Source of the DNA: a virus
Lineage: Duplodnaviria > Caudoviricetes
IMG/VR virus record: IMGVR_UViG_3300025141_011222
Location: 1 to 25,195 of that record
Strand: one strand, 5' to 3'
Length of the DNA: 25,195 nt
A program made the translations under genes and the position numbers. This document shows, piece after piece, positions 1 through 9,380 of the stretch; position 1 is the stretch's first letter; each line of letters opens with the position of its first letter. The notes under the pieces are model-generated. The model made no database searches, was not told the DNA's origin, and saw only the letters and a program-made list of their open reading frames with translations.

Positions 1-167
1 TCTTTCGGTAATTTTCGATATCTTTTAATTTTTTTTAATAATTTTATAATTACTGGATATCTTGAAGGGTCATCCGCACCTGCAGGTCCATTACTCTGGC
101 GCTGTTCATATTCACCATTGTCAAATTGCTTTTCAGCCAATTGTAATGCATCTTTCAATTCCATCAT
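1..167 (-). CDS. Hypothetical protein, N-terminal part only (runs off the left edge)
   Basis: Hand translation MMELKDALQLAEKQFDNGEYEQRQSNGPAGADDPSRYPVIIKLLKKIKRYRKLPK... is open to the window edge. Its start overlaps the stop of 164..955 (ATGA). Confidence 0.65.
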   Translation of the reverse strand, partial: MMELKDALQLAEKQFDNGEYEQRQSNGPAGADDPSRYPVIIKLLKKIKRYRKLPK

Positions 168-955
168 TCACTTTCCATTCTATTTTTATATTCCTTCCAT
201 AAATCAAAAGCTTTCTTATCTGACTTTACAGGTATATTTCCTACATCCTTACCACCATTTGGGTATGGTGGGGCATCTTGGAATAAATCAACTCTTTTTG
301 CCCACTCATCAATTACCCAAGGCTTTATGTGGTCATAATGAGCCCAATGTAAAATTCTCGTGTCGTCATTTATATCTGACAATGGATATTGATTGTATAT
401 TGCTGGCAATCTATCACAATTCATAGGAACAATATATTTATTAATAATTCCTTGATCTGCTCCTTCACCGGTATGTAAATTTATTTTAGATGTCAAATGA
501 TCATAAATGACTTCATTTCTACAATCTCTATTTAATATAAGAAAGCCTGTATTTGAATTGTATATTCCAAAAAATATTTCTCTATCAAACAAATCTGACA
601 CATCTCCTATACACAACATATCCACATCAAACATGATAACCGTTTCATAATCAAATTCCCTAAAGGATTCCAATGACAAATAAGCAGCTTTAAAACCCTG
701 TGCTCTGTTACCAGCTGGTGGTAATTTACTATTAAAATAACATTCTTTATCTACATGTTCAAGTATTACATCAGGAAATATTTGTCTAAACTTATCTTTA
801 TTTTCTTCAGATAGTGAAGCAAATTCATTATTATAATAAATTTTGAAATCACATCTATCTAAATCTTTTATGTTTTGTACCATAGAATATAACATAACTT
901 GACCACCAAGTGCATAGCCGTTATCACAAACAGTTGTAAATAATATATCTTTCAT
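164..955 (-). CDS. Glycosyltransferase family 8-like (GT-A fold)
   Basis: DxD motif FDVDML, NTGFLIL, ADQGIIN, YN and HW...KPW, all typical of GT8. Confidence 0.8.
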   Translation of the reverse strand: MKDILFTTVCDNGYALGGQVMLYSMVQNIKDLDRCDFKIYYNNEFASLSEENKDKFRQIFPDVILEHVDKECYFNSKLPPAGNRAQGFKAAYLSLESFREFDYETVIMFDVDMLCIGDVSDLFDREIFFGIYNSNTGFLILNRDCRNEVIYDHLTSKINLHTGEGADQGIINKYIVPMNCDRLPAIYNQYPLSDINDDTRILHWAHYDHIKPWVIDEWAKRVDLFQDAPPYPNGGKDVGNIPVKSDKKAFDLWKEYKNRMESE

Positions 956-2064
956 TTATATTTCCTTATTTTTTCAATTATATAATTTACATCACTATCT
1001 GTTAATGATTGATGTAGTGGAATACACAAAGTGTTATTTGCAACATATTCTGAATTTTTTAATATTTCATCTTCATTATAAAATTCAACCCAATGTAATG
1101 GATAATATCTAAAAGTGGTATAGATATCATTGTCTTTTAAATATTTTGCCAAGTCATCTCTGTATTCAGTTTGCATGTGATACATATAATAAGAACTTGT
1201 TCTATCTTCTGGTATATCTACAGGAATATCTAACCAATCCAAGTCTGATAACTCTTTTGAATATATTTCGTGTATATTTTTTCTTATGTTGATAAAATTA
1301 TCAATCTTCTTCAGTTGTTCCAATCCCATAGCAGCTTGAATATCATTAATTATAATTCTTCTCCCAGGTCTGTCAACATCAAATTCCCACCACTTCTTGT
1401 CTATAGTATTTGAGAATCCACTACTAGACATCAAACCTAAATATGATTCTTGTTGAATATCTTTTACATGATTTTGTTTTTTACAATAAATTAATCCACC
1501 ATCACCCATCACTATCTGTTTCATAGAATCAAAAGACCAAACACCAATATCTCCTATAGTTCCTGTATGTTTTTCTTTATAAGTTGACAATGAACTATTA
1601 GCATTATCTTCAATTAATTTTAAATTGTTTGTTTTACATAAACTAACAATGTTATCCATATTACAAGGAACTCCCCCATAATGTAATATCATAACAGCTT
1701 TAGTATTTGATGTTATCTTTTCTTCAATGTAACCAGAATCGGTATTTAATGTTCTTTTATCAACATCACAAAATATTGGTTTAGCTCCACAAGATTTTAT
1801 TGCATTTATAGCACCTATAAAATGTATTGTAGGTATAATTACTTCATCACCTTCACCGATACCAAATATTTTCATAGATTGAAACAAACCCTCTGTACAA
1901 CAACTTATGGTTTCCACATTTTCTCTTTCAACATTTAGTTTGCTTGCCATATTTTTGGTAAATTGTTCAGTAAGATTTCCTTTACCTAACCAATTACTTT
2001 TAAAAACTTTTTCTATAGCATTTAATTCTTCTTTACCTAACGATGGTTGATAAATGTTAATCAC
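952..2064 (-). CDS. DegT/DnrJ/EryC1/StrS family PLP-dependent sugar aminotransferase
   Basis: GDEVIIPT, GAKPIFCDVD, TKAVMILHYGG, LIEDNA, SFDSMK (PLP lysine) ..GDGG, LCIPLHQSL. Confidence 0.92.
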   Translation of the reverse strand: MINIYQPSLGKEELNAIEKVFKSNWLGKGNLTEQFTKNMASKLNVERENVETISCCTEGLFQSMKIFGIGEGDEVIIPTIHFIGAINAIKSCGAKPIFCDVDKRTLNTDSGYIEEKITSNTKAVMILHYGGVPCNMDNIVSLCKTNNLKLIEDNANSSLSTYKEKHTGTIGDIGVWSFDSMKQIVMGDGGLIYCKKQNHVKDIQQESYLGLMSSSGFSNTIDKKWWEFDVDRPGRRIIINDIQAAMGLEQLKKIDNFINIRKNIHEIYSKELSDLDWLDIPVDIPEDRTSSYYMYHMQTEYRDDLAKYLKDNDIYTTFRYYPLHWVEFYNEDEILKNSEYVANNTLCIPLHQSLTDSDVNYIIEKIRKYK

Positions 2065-3056
2065 AATAACTCCTCATATGATTTTGGTATCATCCTTCCT
2101 CCAAATTTAAAAACATTTTCATTCCAAAAATCCAAAGGTGCTTCTGAAAATGAAAACATTTCTTTTGCTGCTACAATCTCAACATCTTTTCCAAACATAG
2201 GTGGTAAATAAGTATGACTTCTAAGGTGTCCTTCAGTAAAAAATACACATCTTTTTGCATTACTTATTAAAACAGATTGTTCTTTGATATCTTCTACTTG
2301 TATAGTATCATAATCTGTTTCAAATTGAGAATAACTATCATGTAATCTAAATGTTTTAAAATCCATTAATATAACTCTACATTCTTCTTTCAATTTGTTA
2401 ATAACCTTATCGTGATCAATTCTTACTTTTGACAGCTCATATCCTTGTCTGAAACCTGTTTGGCAAAGTATATAATCTTCATCAAGGGAAAATCCTAATT
2501 TCTTCTCAACTTTATCTAGTGAATAATCAGCTGATGGTAATTTTATGTACTCATTATTACTTAAATTTAATTTGTTATGTGGTACATTATATATTCCACC
2601 TTGTCCACCTGGTCGTTCTAAACCAAATAAACAATCATTCATTATTTCATAATCACAACTCCAAATCCATTTAACTCTATGATCTGTTGTTGGACCTTTT
2701 GCTACTATAAAAGGAAAAACATCACAAGAAACTAATTTCATAACTTCATTTTTTATGGCATCTATATGTTCACCAGTTCTAGTAGCTTTCCATTCTTTTC
2801 TATCTAAATGTGGACCAGTACCATCTAAAAAAACATAAGATGTATAACAATCTGCTACTACATTCTGTACTGATTCTAATTGAGAAATATCTAAATAATA
2901 ATCTGCTGATTCATACATCAAGTCTAATCCTTTTCTCGAACAAACTACTATTTCATCATCTTCTTTTTTATTTTCTTTTACCCACTTTCGTAAAACACCT
3001 TGCCAATTTAATAATTCGTAACCAAACTCTCCAATAAATGTAAATACATATATCAT
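2061..3056 (-). CDS. Hypothetical protein in the glycosylation cluster, possibly a glycosyltransferase
   Basis: Long ORF with N-terminal FIGEFGYELLNW. Start moved to MIYVF (3056), which gives an ATGA overlap with the upstream stop. Function inferred from context only. Confidence 0.55.
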   Translation of the reverse strand: MIYVFTFIGEFGYELLNWQGVLRKWVKENKKEDDEIVVCSRKGLDLMYESADYYLDISQLESVQNVVADCYTSYVFLDGTGPHLDRKEWKATRTGEHIDAIKNEVMKLVSCDVFPFIVAKGPTTDHRVKWIWSCDYEIMNDCLFGLERPGGQGGIYNVPHNKLNLSNNEYIKLPSADYSLDKVEKKLGFSLDEDYILCQTGFRQGYELSKVRIDHDKVINKLKEECRVILMDFKTFRLHDSYSQFETDYDTIQVEDIKEQSVLISNAKRCVFFTEGHLRSHTYLPPMFGKDVEIVAAKEMFSFSEAPLDFWNENVFKFGGRMIPKSYEELL

Positions 3057-4087
3057 GCAGCACTCACACAACTTAAAGATTTAAATATTTCATACATATG
3101 AATTACTAAATTTTTCTTATCACTCTTTTCAATAAAAGATTTTTTCATATTTTCTACAATATACGATTGTAATTCATCATAATTTGATAAAACATAATCA
3201 ATCTTTTCTTCTAAATCAGACCAATCATATTTACAAGCTATGTAAGTTTCACCATCTTCATATACAAATGGTTTTGAATTGATATAACTTACATCAGGTT
3301 TCATTAGAACTGAACCAAACATTGTGGCTTCAATATCTCTCGGTGCCATTTCACCATATCCCAATGGTGCCATTATTATTTTAGATTCATACATTTTTCT
3401 ATAATATTCTTCTGGTGGAATTCGTTGTCCACCCACCAACCCAACTATTTTGTATTTATCTCCATCACAAGATTCACACATAAGAGTTTCTAATAATTCC
3501 TTTCTATGTTTATCATAATGATCTGTTTGACATAAATCATGTTCATAAACAGGATTTGATGTTGGATAACCAAACATACAGGAAATATCATATTTCTTAT
3601 CTAAATTATAATCAAGCCAATTTGGTTGTAATGTATTTAACCAATTACATCCAGTCAATCTCATTTTTGGTTTTAATTCATCAATATCTGGTGTTAAATA
3701 ATCACCTTCACCCCAATACATTCTACCATTTGCCAAACCTTTTTTATATAAATCAAAATCTTTCAAATAAGAATTTTTAAGAAATAACAATGCGTTTGAT
3801 TCACGAAACACATCAATCGTTCCAATCAATGATGTAGAATCTTGACCATCAATTATCATATAATCACCGGTTATCTTTGATATAAATTCTAATCCTTTAT
3901 CAATTGATTCTTTAAGTGATTTCTTTTTATCTATAATACTTGCTTGTCCTACCCACGCATAATCATAATCATCTGAATCTGTAAACTCTATTCCTACTTC
4001 ACGAAATAAATCTTGAGCAGACAAAAATGGTCTGAAAGTAGTTTCATTTCTATGGATATGATGCTCTAATAATTTTATTTTAATCAT
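3053..4087 (-). CDS. Putative GT-B glycosyltransferase (Glyco_trans_1_2-like C-terminal domain)
   Basis: C-terminal YYRKMYESKIIMAPLGYGEMAPRDIEATMFGSVLMKP...DWSDLEEKIDYVL. Confidence 0.65.
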   Translation of the reverse strand: MIKIKLLEHHIHRNETTFRPFLSAQDLFREVGIEFTDSDDYDYAWVGQASIIDKKKSLKESIDKGLEFISKITGDYMIIDGQDSTSLIGTIDVFRESNALLFLKNSYLKDFDLYKKGLANGRMYWGEGDYLTPDIDELKPKMRLTGCNWLNTLQPNWLDYNLDKKYDISCMFGYPTSNPVYEHDLCQTDHYDKHRKELLETLMCESCDGDKYKIVGLVGGQRIPPEEYYRKMYESKIIMAPLGYGEMAPRDIEATMFGSVLMKPDVSYINSKPFVYEDGETYIACKYDWSDLEEKIDYVLSNYDELQSYIVENMKKSFIEKSDKKNLVIHMYEIFKSLSCVSAA

Positions 4088-4716
4088 ATTTGACTATAAA
4101 ACTCATTCTGTTTTTCTTGTTTGTCAATTTCTTTGTTATGAATCATCGACCATTCTTTTTCTGCCGGTAAGAAAGTATATTCTCTATAACCAACTATTGT
4201 CTCATGAACTGGTCTTTCCCATAAGATGTTTGGTCGTTTTCTGTATAACCTACTTTGATAATCAGGAAAATTTATCCAACCTTTTTCGTTTACCTGCCAT
4301 CTCCATTTATTGATATGTTCTTGTGTTAATCCCTTTATGGTGTTCACTCGTGGTAAATAAAATAAATCAATTGATGGGTTTGATTCCAAAACAATTTTGA
4401 TATTTTTCATAAAAAACTTTGTTAACATCTCGTCTGCATCTATGTTCATGATATACGAAGAATTACACATACGATTCAAGTAATTTTTTTGATTAGCGAA
4501 ATCTTTTAGTAATTGTCGTTGTTCAAATTTTATCTCATGTATTGAAGTGTATGTGTCAAGTATCTTCTTTGTCTTTTCATCATCTGAAAAATCATCAAGT
4601 ATAACTATCTCATCATTGTCATCTTTATATTTTATTAGAAAATCAAGTAACCGTTGTAATGAATCTATTTCATTATGTGTTAGAATAGAATATGAAATAT
4701 TAAAATCATTGTTCAT
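4084..4716 (-). CDS. Glycosyltransferase family 2
   Basis: ISYSILTHNE, DEIVILDDFSDD, IDADE (DxD), PDYQSRLY, VHE. Confidence 0.88.
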   Translation of the reverse strand: MNNDFNISYSILTHNEIDSLQRLLDFLIKYKDDNDEIVILDDFSDDEKTKKILDTYTSIHEIKFEQRQLLKDFANQKNYLNRMCNSSYIMNIDADEMLTKFFMKNIKIVLESNPSIDLFYLPRVNTIKGLTQEHINKWRWQVNEKGWINFPDYQSRLYRKRPNILWERPVHETIVGYREYTFLPAEKEWSMIHNKEIDKQEKQNEFYSQI

Positions 4717-5083
4717 TACTTTCCCTTCGTTGTTTCCGTTCTTCAGATAACATCTTATTTGTTTTATATGTGACAGATTTTATCATTGTCATTTTGTTAA
4801 TTGAATATGTTCTGTAAGCTTTCTCGTAAAAATTCCAATATCTCATTTTTTTATAATTTTTTTCTTCTAACAATATACTAACTTTATATTCTGAAAGATA
4901 ATTTATATTTAAACCAAGAATCGTTTTATCCATGTCATTTCGTTTCAACACAAAAACTGTTGGTATTCTATCATAAATGTCATCACCTTTATAATTAAAT
5001 TGAATAATGTCACCAGGAATATATTTTTTCCCAACCACATCTTCTGTAAAAATATTTCTACTATGACTAACTTTTCTTGGCAT
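4706..5083 (-). CDS. Hypothetical protein, possibly T4 gp2 DNA end protector-like
   Basis: PGDIIQFNY...YDRIPTVFVL...ILGLNINYLS...YRTY resembles the gp2-like D-x-x-P...GLNLHYL pattern (recalled, not searched). Confidence 0.45.
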   Translation of the reverse strand: MPRKVSHSRNIFTEDVVGKKYIPGDIIQFNYKGDDIYDRIPTVFVLKRNDMDKTILGLNINYLSEYKVSILLEEKNYKKMRYWNFYEKAYRTYSINKMTMIKSVTYKTNKMLSEERKQRRESNEQ

Positions 5084-5085
5084 TT

Positions 5086-5586
5086 TTAATCAACTTTTTT
5101 TAATTTTGGAAGTTTTAATTCAATCGGTTTGTCTTGTTTTTCCGCTTCTTCTTTCATCTTATTATTCACCATTAACATACCTTCAAAAAATTCATCAAAC
5201 ATAACTACATTGTGAGTATCATACATCGTCTCATAAAATTTACCACTATCTCCAGGTATTGGATAATTCTGTTGTTGTTCTTTAGGTATGTTAACCATTC
5301 TAGCAAAATACCACTTCATTTCACCATTTTCATCATCCTGTGGATATAACATTCCCACCGGTAAAGTCATTATTGTTGGTATCCATATCCTATTATTAAT
5401 TTGTTTTGACCATCTCTGCATGTCTTCCGTGAGATTTTTGTATTCTTCATTGTCTTCTACCGTTCCAATAAATTTTGATGTGCTTACATATCCACAATTC
5501 AGGCACTGCATCATCTGTGCATCTTTTTCTCCCATAACATGAAGTGAATGTTCTTCGCAAAGTGAGCAATTTGATATTATATCCAT
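5086..5586 (-). CDS. Hypothetical zinc-ribbon protein with a C-terminal LKLPKLKKV motif
   Basis: CSLC and CLNCGY pairs; ends IELKLPKLKKVD. Confidence 0.7.
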   Translation of the reverse strand: MDIISNCSLCEEHSLHVMGEKDAQMMQCLNCGYVSTSKFIGTVEDNEEYKNLTEDMQRWSKQINNRIWIPTIMTLPVGMLYPQDDENGEMKWYFARMVNIPKEQQQNYPIPGDSGKFYETMYDTHNVVMFDEFFEGMLMVNNKMKEEAEKQDKPIELKLPKLKKVD

Positions 5587-5594
5587 GTTATTTC

Positions 5595-6950
5595 CTATAC
5601 CTTTTTTAATTTAGGTAATTTTATCTTCGGTAGTTCTTGTTTGTTACCATCAACCTTTTTTAATTTAGGTAACTTCAGTCCAACCTGTGATGGTAAATCT
5701 TTCGTGTATTTATCCATAATTTCACCAAGTTTTTTTGCCATATTGTTTAATGTAAATTTATCTCTATTTATACCCATCAATGATTTTGCTCTATTCTTTA
5801 TGGTATAAACATTATCAAAAGAATAATTTAACGCTCTATACGCTATTTGCTCATCAACTGTAAACCACTGACTTTCTGGTATCACTATATCTTTCCATAC
5901 AGCTGAACCTGGAACTTTTTGCATTTCACCAGTAAGTAATATTGACTTTTCAGAATCAAGAAAATCAATTTGGCCACTCCAACCAGATGCTACAACCGGA
6001 AGTCCTGTCATTGTCGCTTCTAACATCGGTCTTCCAAATCCTTCACCGTGAGTAAATGACACCAGAATTTTTACTTTTGGATGATTATATAGATAATTCA
6101 TTTCTTTATCTGATAAATCACCATGTAATAAATATATTTCAGGTAGTTTCCAATCAGATGGAAATTGAGATTTAACACTTTGTATTTTCTGTAATGTGTC
6201 TTCTCTATCAATTATAGAAAATGTAGCTCCACTCGTCTTTAATATCAAAACTGGTTGTTTCTTTTTATTGGCAAATGCTTCATAAAAAACCTTTATAGTT
6301 CTACCTATGTCTTTTCTATCTTCACCATAACCACCTTTTGTCCATTGACCAACTAACAAATATGCAAAAGTATTTGATATTTTATCATTTATCATATTTA
6401 AGAAATCCTTATCAATTTCTTTGACATCTAATGGTTTGTAAATATCTTCATCTGCACCTTCAAATAAAACTTCTATCGGTTTTTCAAGTCTCATCTCACC
6501 AATTTTTTCTTGCTTCCCATCTGGTATGTTTTGAACTTTATCATATACTGTGTTAGTGAAACCATATTTTGAATGTTCTGATGGAACAATGACTAAATCC
6601 ATTTTATTACAACCCTCTAACCATTTACCAGATACTGCATTGGTTTCTATTCCAGCTGTAATTCCAACATTGAATTTTCCATATGTTTCAAATTCATTCG
6701 GTATTCTGATATCAACATAAATATCTGGTTGTCTATCCATTTCAGGTTTAAGTAAAATACAATCTAATATCTGTTTATCTTTTGGATTATCTTTATCTAA
6801 TGCATTCTTTGGTGTATCACCCCAACGAACATCAAGTATCTTTACATCATATTTGTCATGTTGTATAAATGACCATACTAAATCACGAGCATGACTACCA
6901 TATCCTGAACGAGAAGTTACTGGTGCGGTTATTAACATAATCTTTTTCAT
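5595..6950 (-). CDS. Glycosyltransferase family 4 (GT-B)
   Basis: SRSGYG N-terminal loop, RKDIG, GEGFGRPMLEA (ExxxxxxxE), SGWSGQIDFL. C-terminal tail carries two KLPKLKKV copies. Confidence 0.85.
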   Translation of the reverse strand: MKKIMLITAPVTSRSGYGSHARDLVWSFIQHDKYDVKILDVRWGDTPKNALDKDNPKDKQILDCILLKPEMDRQPDIYVDIRIPNEFETYGKFNVGITAGIETNAVSGKWLEGCNKMDLVIVPSEHSKYGFTNTVYDKVQNIPDGKQEKIGEMRLEKPIEVLFEGADEDIYKPLDVKEIDKDFLNMINDKISNTFAYLLVGQWTKGGYGEDRKDIGRTIKVFYEAFANKKKQPVLILKTSGATFSIIDREDTLQKIQSVKSQFPSDWKLPEIYLLHGDLSDKEMNYLYNHPKVKILVSFTHGEGFGRPMLEATMTGLPVVASGWSGQIDFLDSEKSILLTGEMQKVPGSAVWKDIVIPESQWFTVDEQIAYRALNYSFDNVYTIKNRAKSLMGINRDKFTLNNMAKKLGEIMDKYTKDLPSQVGLKLPKLKKVDGNKQELPKIKLPKLKKV

Positions 6951-8326
6951 TATACAGCCTCCAATGTGTATTTCTCTCTAGACTTCCAATTCTTAAATGC
7001 ACCATTTATTGATGTAATAAATCTTTGACCCATTAATTCACCGTCCATTCCAATATTTTTATCTTTCACAAACTGTATTCCCAATTCACCACACCTCTCT
7101 CGTTCTTCCGGTCCTTTATCATACCAATAACGAAGTGCATTTCCAGCATCTTCATATTGAACTCTATCATCAAAAATATATGGTGTAAGTGGTGAACCTT
7201 GAAGTGATACGTTACTCGGAAATACAGGTTTGACCCATTCACCATGTTCTTTATATTCACCTCTATGGTTAGAACTTAATTCAATATAATCATCTTCTGT
7301 AAGATATGAACCATCTTCTTTCTTAAATCCACATTGATCTTGTAAACCACCAGTCACGTTCACTACAATCGGATTTCCTGTTGTAAGTGCTTCGCAACTA
7401 CCTAAACCAAATCCCTCATTTGATGCTATATTCACATAAACATCTATTGAATTATATAAATTATTCATTTTCATATCATCCATCGGACCACCATTATCAT
7501 ATGTAAATACAACATCATAATCTGGTATCAAAGTTCTACACACCGCCCGTAAATCAGTTCCATTATCATCAGATGGTTGTGTGTGAAATACTAATACACA
7601 TTCTTTTCTTTGTTCTTCCTCGAGACTATCCATAAAATGTTTATAAGCTAACACAACATCACCCGGTTGTTTTCGTCTTATATTTCTATTCAAATATAAC
7701 ACCTTAAATTTATATTTATCTAAACCATATTGTTCTTCAAACTTTTTAAATTGTGTATCACCTTTATCTTTGATTTTAAAAAATCTTTTTGAACTTATAC
7801 CGTGTGGAACATAAGTTACCTGCCAATCTTCATATCCATATTTTGACAATATCCGTTTATTTATCCCATATGTCTGTCTTGATATCGCCATCAATAAATC
7901 ACAACTTCTATAATAATTTGTATTATATAATGGATCTGGTAAATTATCCCATATGTTATAATAAAATATAGGAATATGTTGTCTTATTTCGTGTTCCATA
8001 TTATAAAACCAAATCCAAAATCGTGGATCCGTATAATGTAATATAGCATCTGGTTTTTCAATTTCCATTATCTGACGCAATATATCAGGATTCCCATATC
8101 CACTTACAGGATATATTTTTAAGTAAGAGCCGGTAATTCCTTTTTCTTTATCAAGTGCTTCAGACATATCAACAATCTTACCTTCTTCTGGATGTTTGAC
8201 AGCACCAGCAATCTGAACCCAATCATATTCTTCTATAGTTTCAATAACAATATCTTTTGATACACATGCCACCCCACTATGCATTCGTAAATCATCAGAC
8301 ATCAACAATATCTTCTTCTTTGACAT
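6950..8326 (-). CDS. Glycosyltransferase family 4 (GT-B)
   Basis: KILLMSDD..HSGVA, YVPHGI, NRNIRRKQPGD, SNEGFGLGSCEA, TGGLQDQ. Confidence 0.88.
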   Translation of the reverse strand: MSKKKILLMSDDLRMHSGVACVSKDIVIETIEEYDWVQIAGAVKHPEEGKIVDMSEALDKEKGITGSYLKIYPVSGYGNPDILRQIMEIEKPDAILHYTDPRFWIWFYNMEHEIRQHIPIFYYNIWDNLPDPLYNTNYYRSCDLLMAISRQTYGINKRILSKYGYEDWQVTYVPHGISSKRFFKIKDKGDTQFKKFEEQYGLDKYKFKVLYLNRNIRRKQPGDVVLAYKHFMDSLEEEQRKECVLVFHTQPSDDNGTDLRAVCRTLIPDYDVVFTYDNGGPMDDMKMNNLYNSIDVYVNIASNEGFGLGSCEALTTGNPIVVNVTGGLQDQCGFKKEDGSYLTEDDYIELSSNHRGEYKEHGEWVKPVFPSNVSLQGSPLTPYIFDDRVQYEDAGNALRYWYDKGPEERERCGELGIQFVKDKNIGMDGELMGQRFITSINGAFKNWKSREKYTLEAV

Positions 8327-8342
8327 AGATTAACCCTCTATT

Positions 8343-8546
8343 TTATAAACTGTTACTACCACTAGCACTTAAATTATTATAAGTTTCTATCCTATCTTTG
8401 AAATTATCATCCGTGAGATATAAATCAATTGATCTATTTGTAAGTTTCTGTAGTGTCATCTTTGTGTTGATTGTTGTCAATTTAAATCTGTCATATAATT
8501 CTTTTAACAACTTTACTGATGTCAATTTAGTTTCATTCATAACCAT
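8343..8546 (-). CDS. Small putative ribbon-helix-helix DNA-binding protein
   Basis: LTSVKL strand followed by two helices (KELYDRFK; TLQKLTNRSIDLY). AGGAG RBS upstream. Confidence 0.5.
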   Translation of the reverse strand: MVMNETKLTSVKLLKELYDRFKLTTINTKMTLQKLTNRSIDLYLTDDNFKDRIETYNNLSASGSNSL

Positions 8547-8561
8547 TCTCCTATCTTAATG

Positions 8562-8583
8562 TTATATATATAAATATATATAA
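8562..8583 (-). promoter_or_regulatory. Putative phage promoter/operator: TATTTATA core inside an AT inverted repeat
   Basis: Intergenic. Sense strand reads TATTTATA (8569-8576), 22 nt before the ATG; the same 8-mer precedes nrdJ. Low complexity. Confidence 0.4.
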
Positions 8584-8593
8584 AATAAGAAAA

Positions 8594-8995
8594 CTAATGA
8601 ATTATTATTGTTTTTTTATTAAATTGTTCAGCATACTTTAAAGTTGAATCTGTTCCATTTGACATAATACCTTTAGGAACAAAAGCAACTACAATGTCAC
8701 TTGTTTGAGCTATTATCTTATTTCGAACAAAATAGTTTTTTACATTATATGGTTTTCTATATCTTGATTCTGGTAAAGTACAATATAAATTATGAACTTC
8801 ATGAAATGGTGGATATTCTTCATATTGCAATCCAAGTTCCAATGCATATTTCTTAGCATATTTGTCAGCCCCATTTTTACAACCACCACTTACTATAATT
8901 GTATCTTCACCATGTTGTTCTTTAAGTTTGAAAATAAAATCTTTAATTTTCTTTTTATCTTCATATCTACGACTACCTACTATGCCTACTTTCAT
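8594..8995 (-). CDS. SLOG superfamily protein (YspA/DUF2493-like)
   Basis: VGIVGSR, IVSGGCKNGAD, RNKIIA..SDIVVAF, SNGT. Confidence 0.8.
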   Translation of the reverse strand: MKVGIVGSRRYEDKKKIKDFIFKLKEQHGEDTIIVSGGCKNGADKYAKKYALELGLQYEEYPPFHEVHNLYCTLPESRYRKPYNVKNYFVRNKIIAQTSDIVVAFVPKGIMSNGTDSTLKYAEQFNKKTIIIH

Positions 8996-9380
8996 TTTCA
9001 GTTTTATCCCTATTCTTAATATGTTTTACTAATTTGATGAATGACGCTATACCATCTAATATATCATCACTCGTATAACTCTCACTTTTATAACGCCAAT
9101 CACTTTTGTCACCAAGACCTCTAATTAAATACCAAACTGGTGCGAACTTTTTTGTAATTTTAGTGTTTACCTCAAATAATAAATGTTCATTCCGTTTAAC
9201 AAACTCCTTCGTATCATACGCGTTAGCCTTATCAGACCAAAAAACTACTCTAAATTGACCACCCACTAAATTACGACAATATCTTATATTTTCCAAGATC
9301 TTTTTTTCAAAAGCTTCATTTATTATTATATCATCTAATTTTAATCTCAAACTATGACGATAATGTCTTAAATTACTCAT
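8973..9380 (-). CDS. Hypothetical protein
   Basis: 135 aa ORF overlapping both neighbours; no motif recognised. Confidence 0.6.
   Translation of the reverse strand: MSNLRHYRHSLRLKLDDIIINEAFEKKILENIRYCRNLVGGQFRVVFWSDKANAYDTKEFVKRNEHLLFEVNTKITKKFAPVWYLIRGLGDKSDWRYKSESYTSDDILDGIASFIKLVKHIKNRDKTENESRHSR

Noticed and set aside
7066-7260. 64 aa minus-strand ORF nested in the GT4 gene
   Set aside because: Alternative frame inside a well-supported CDS; no recognisable features.
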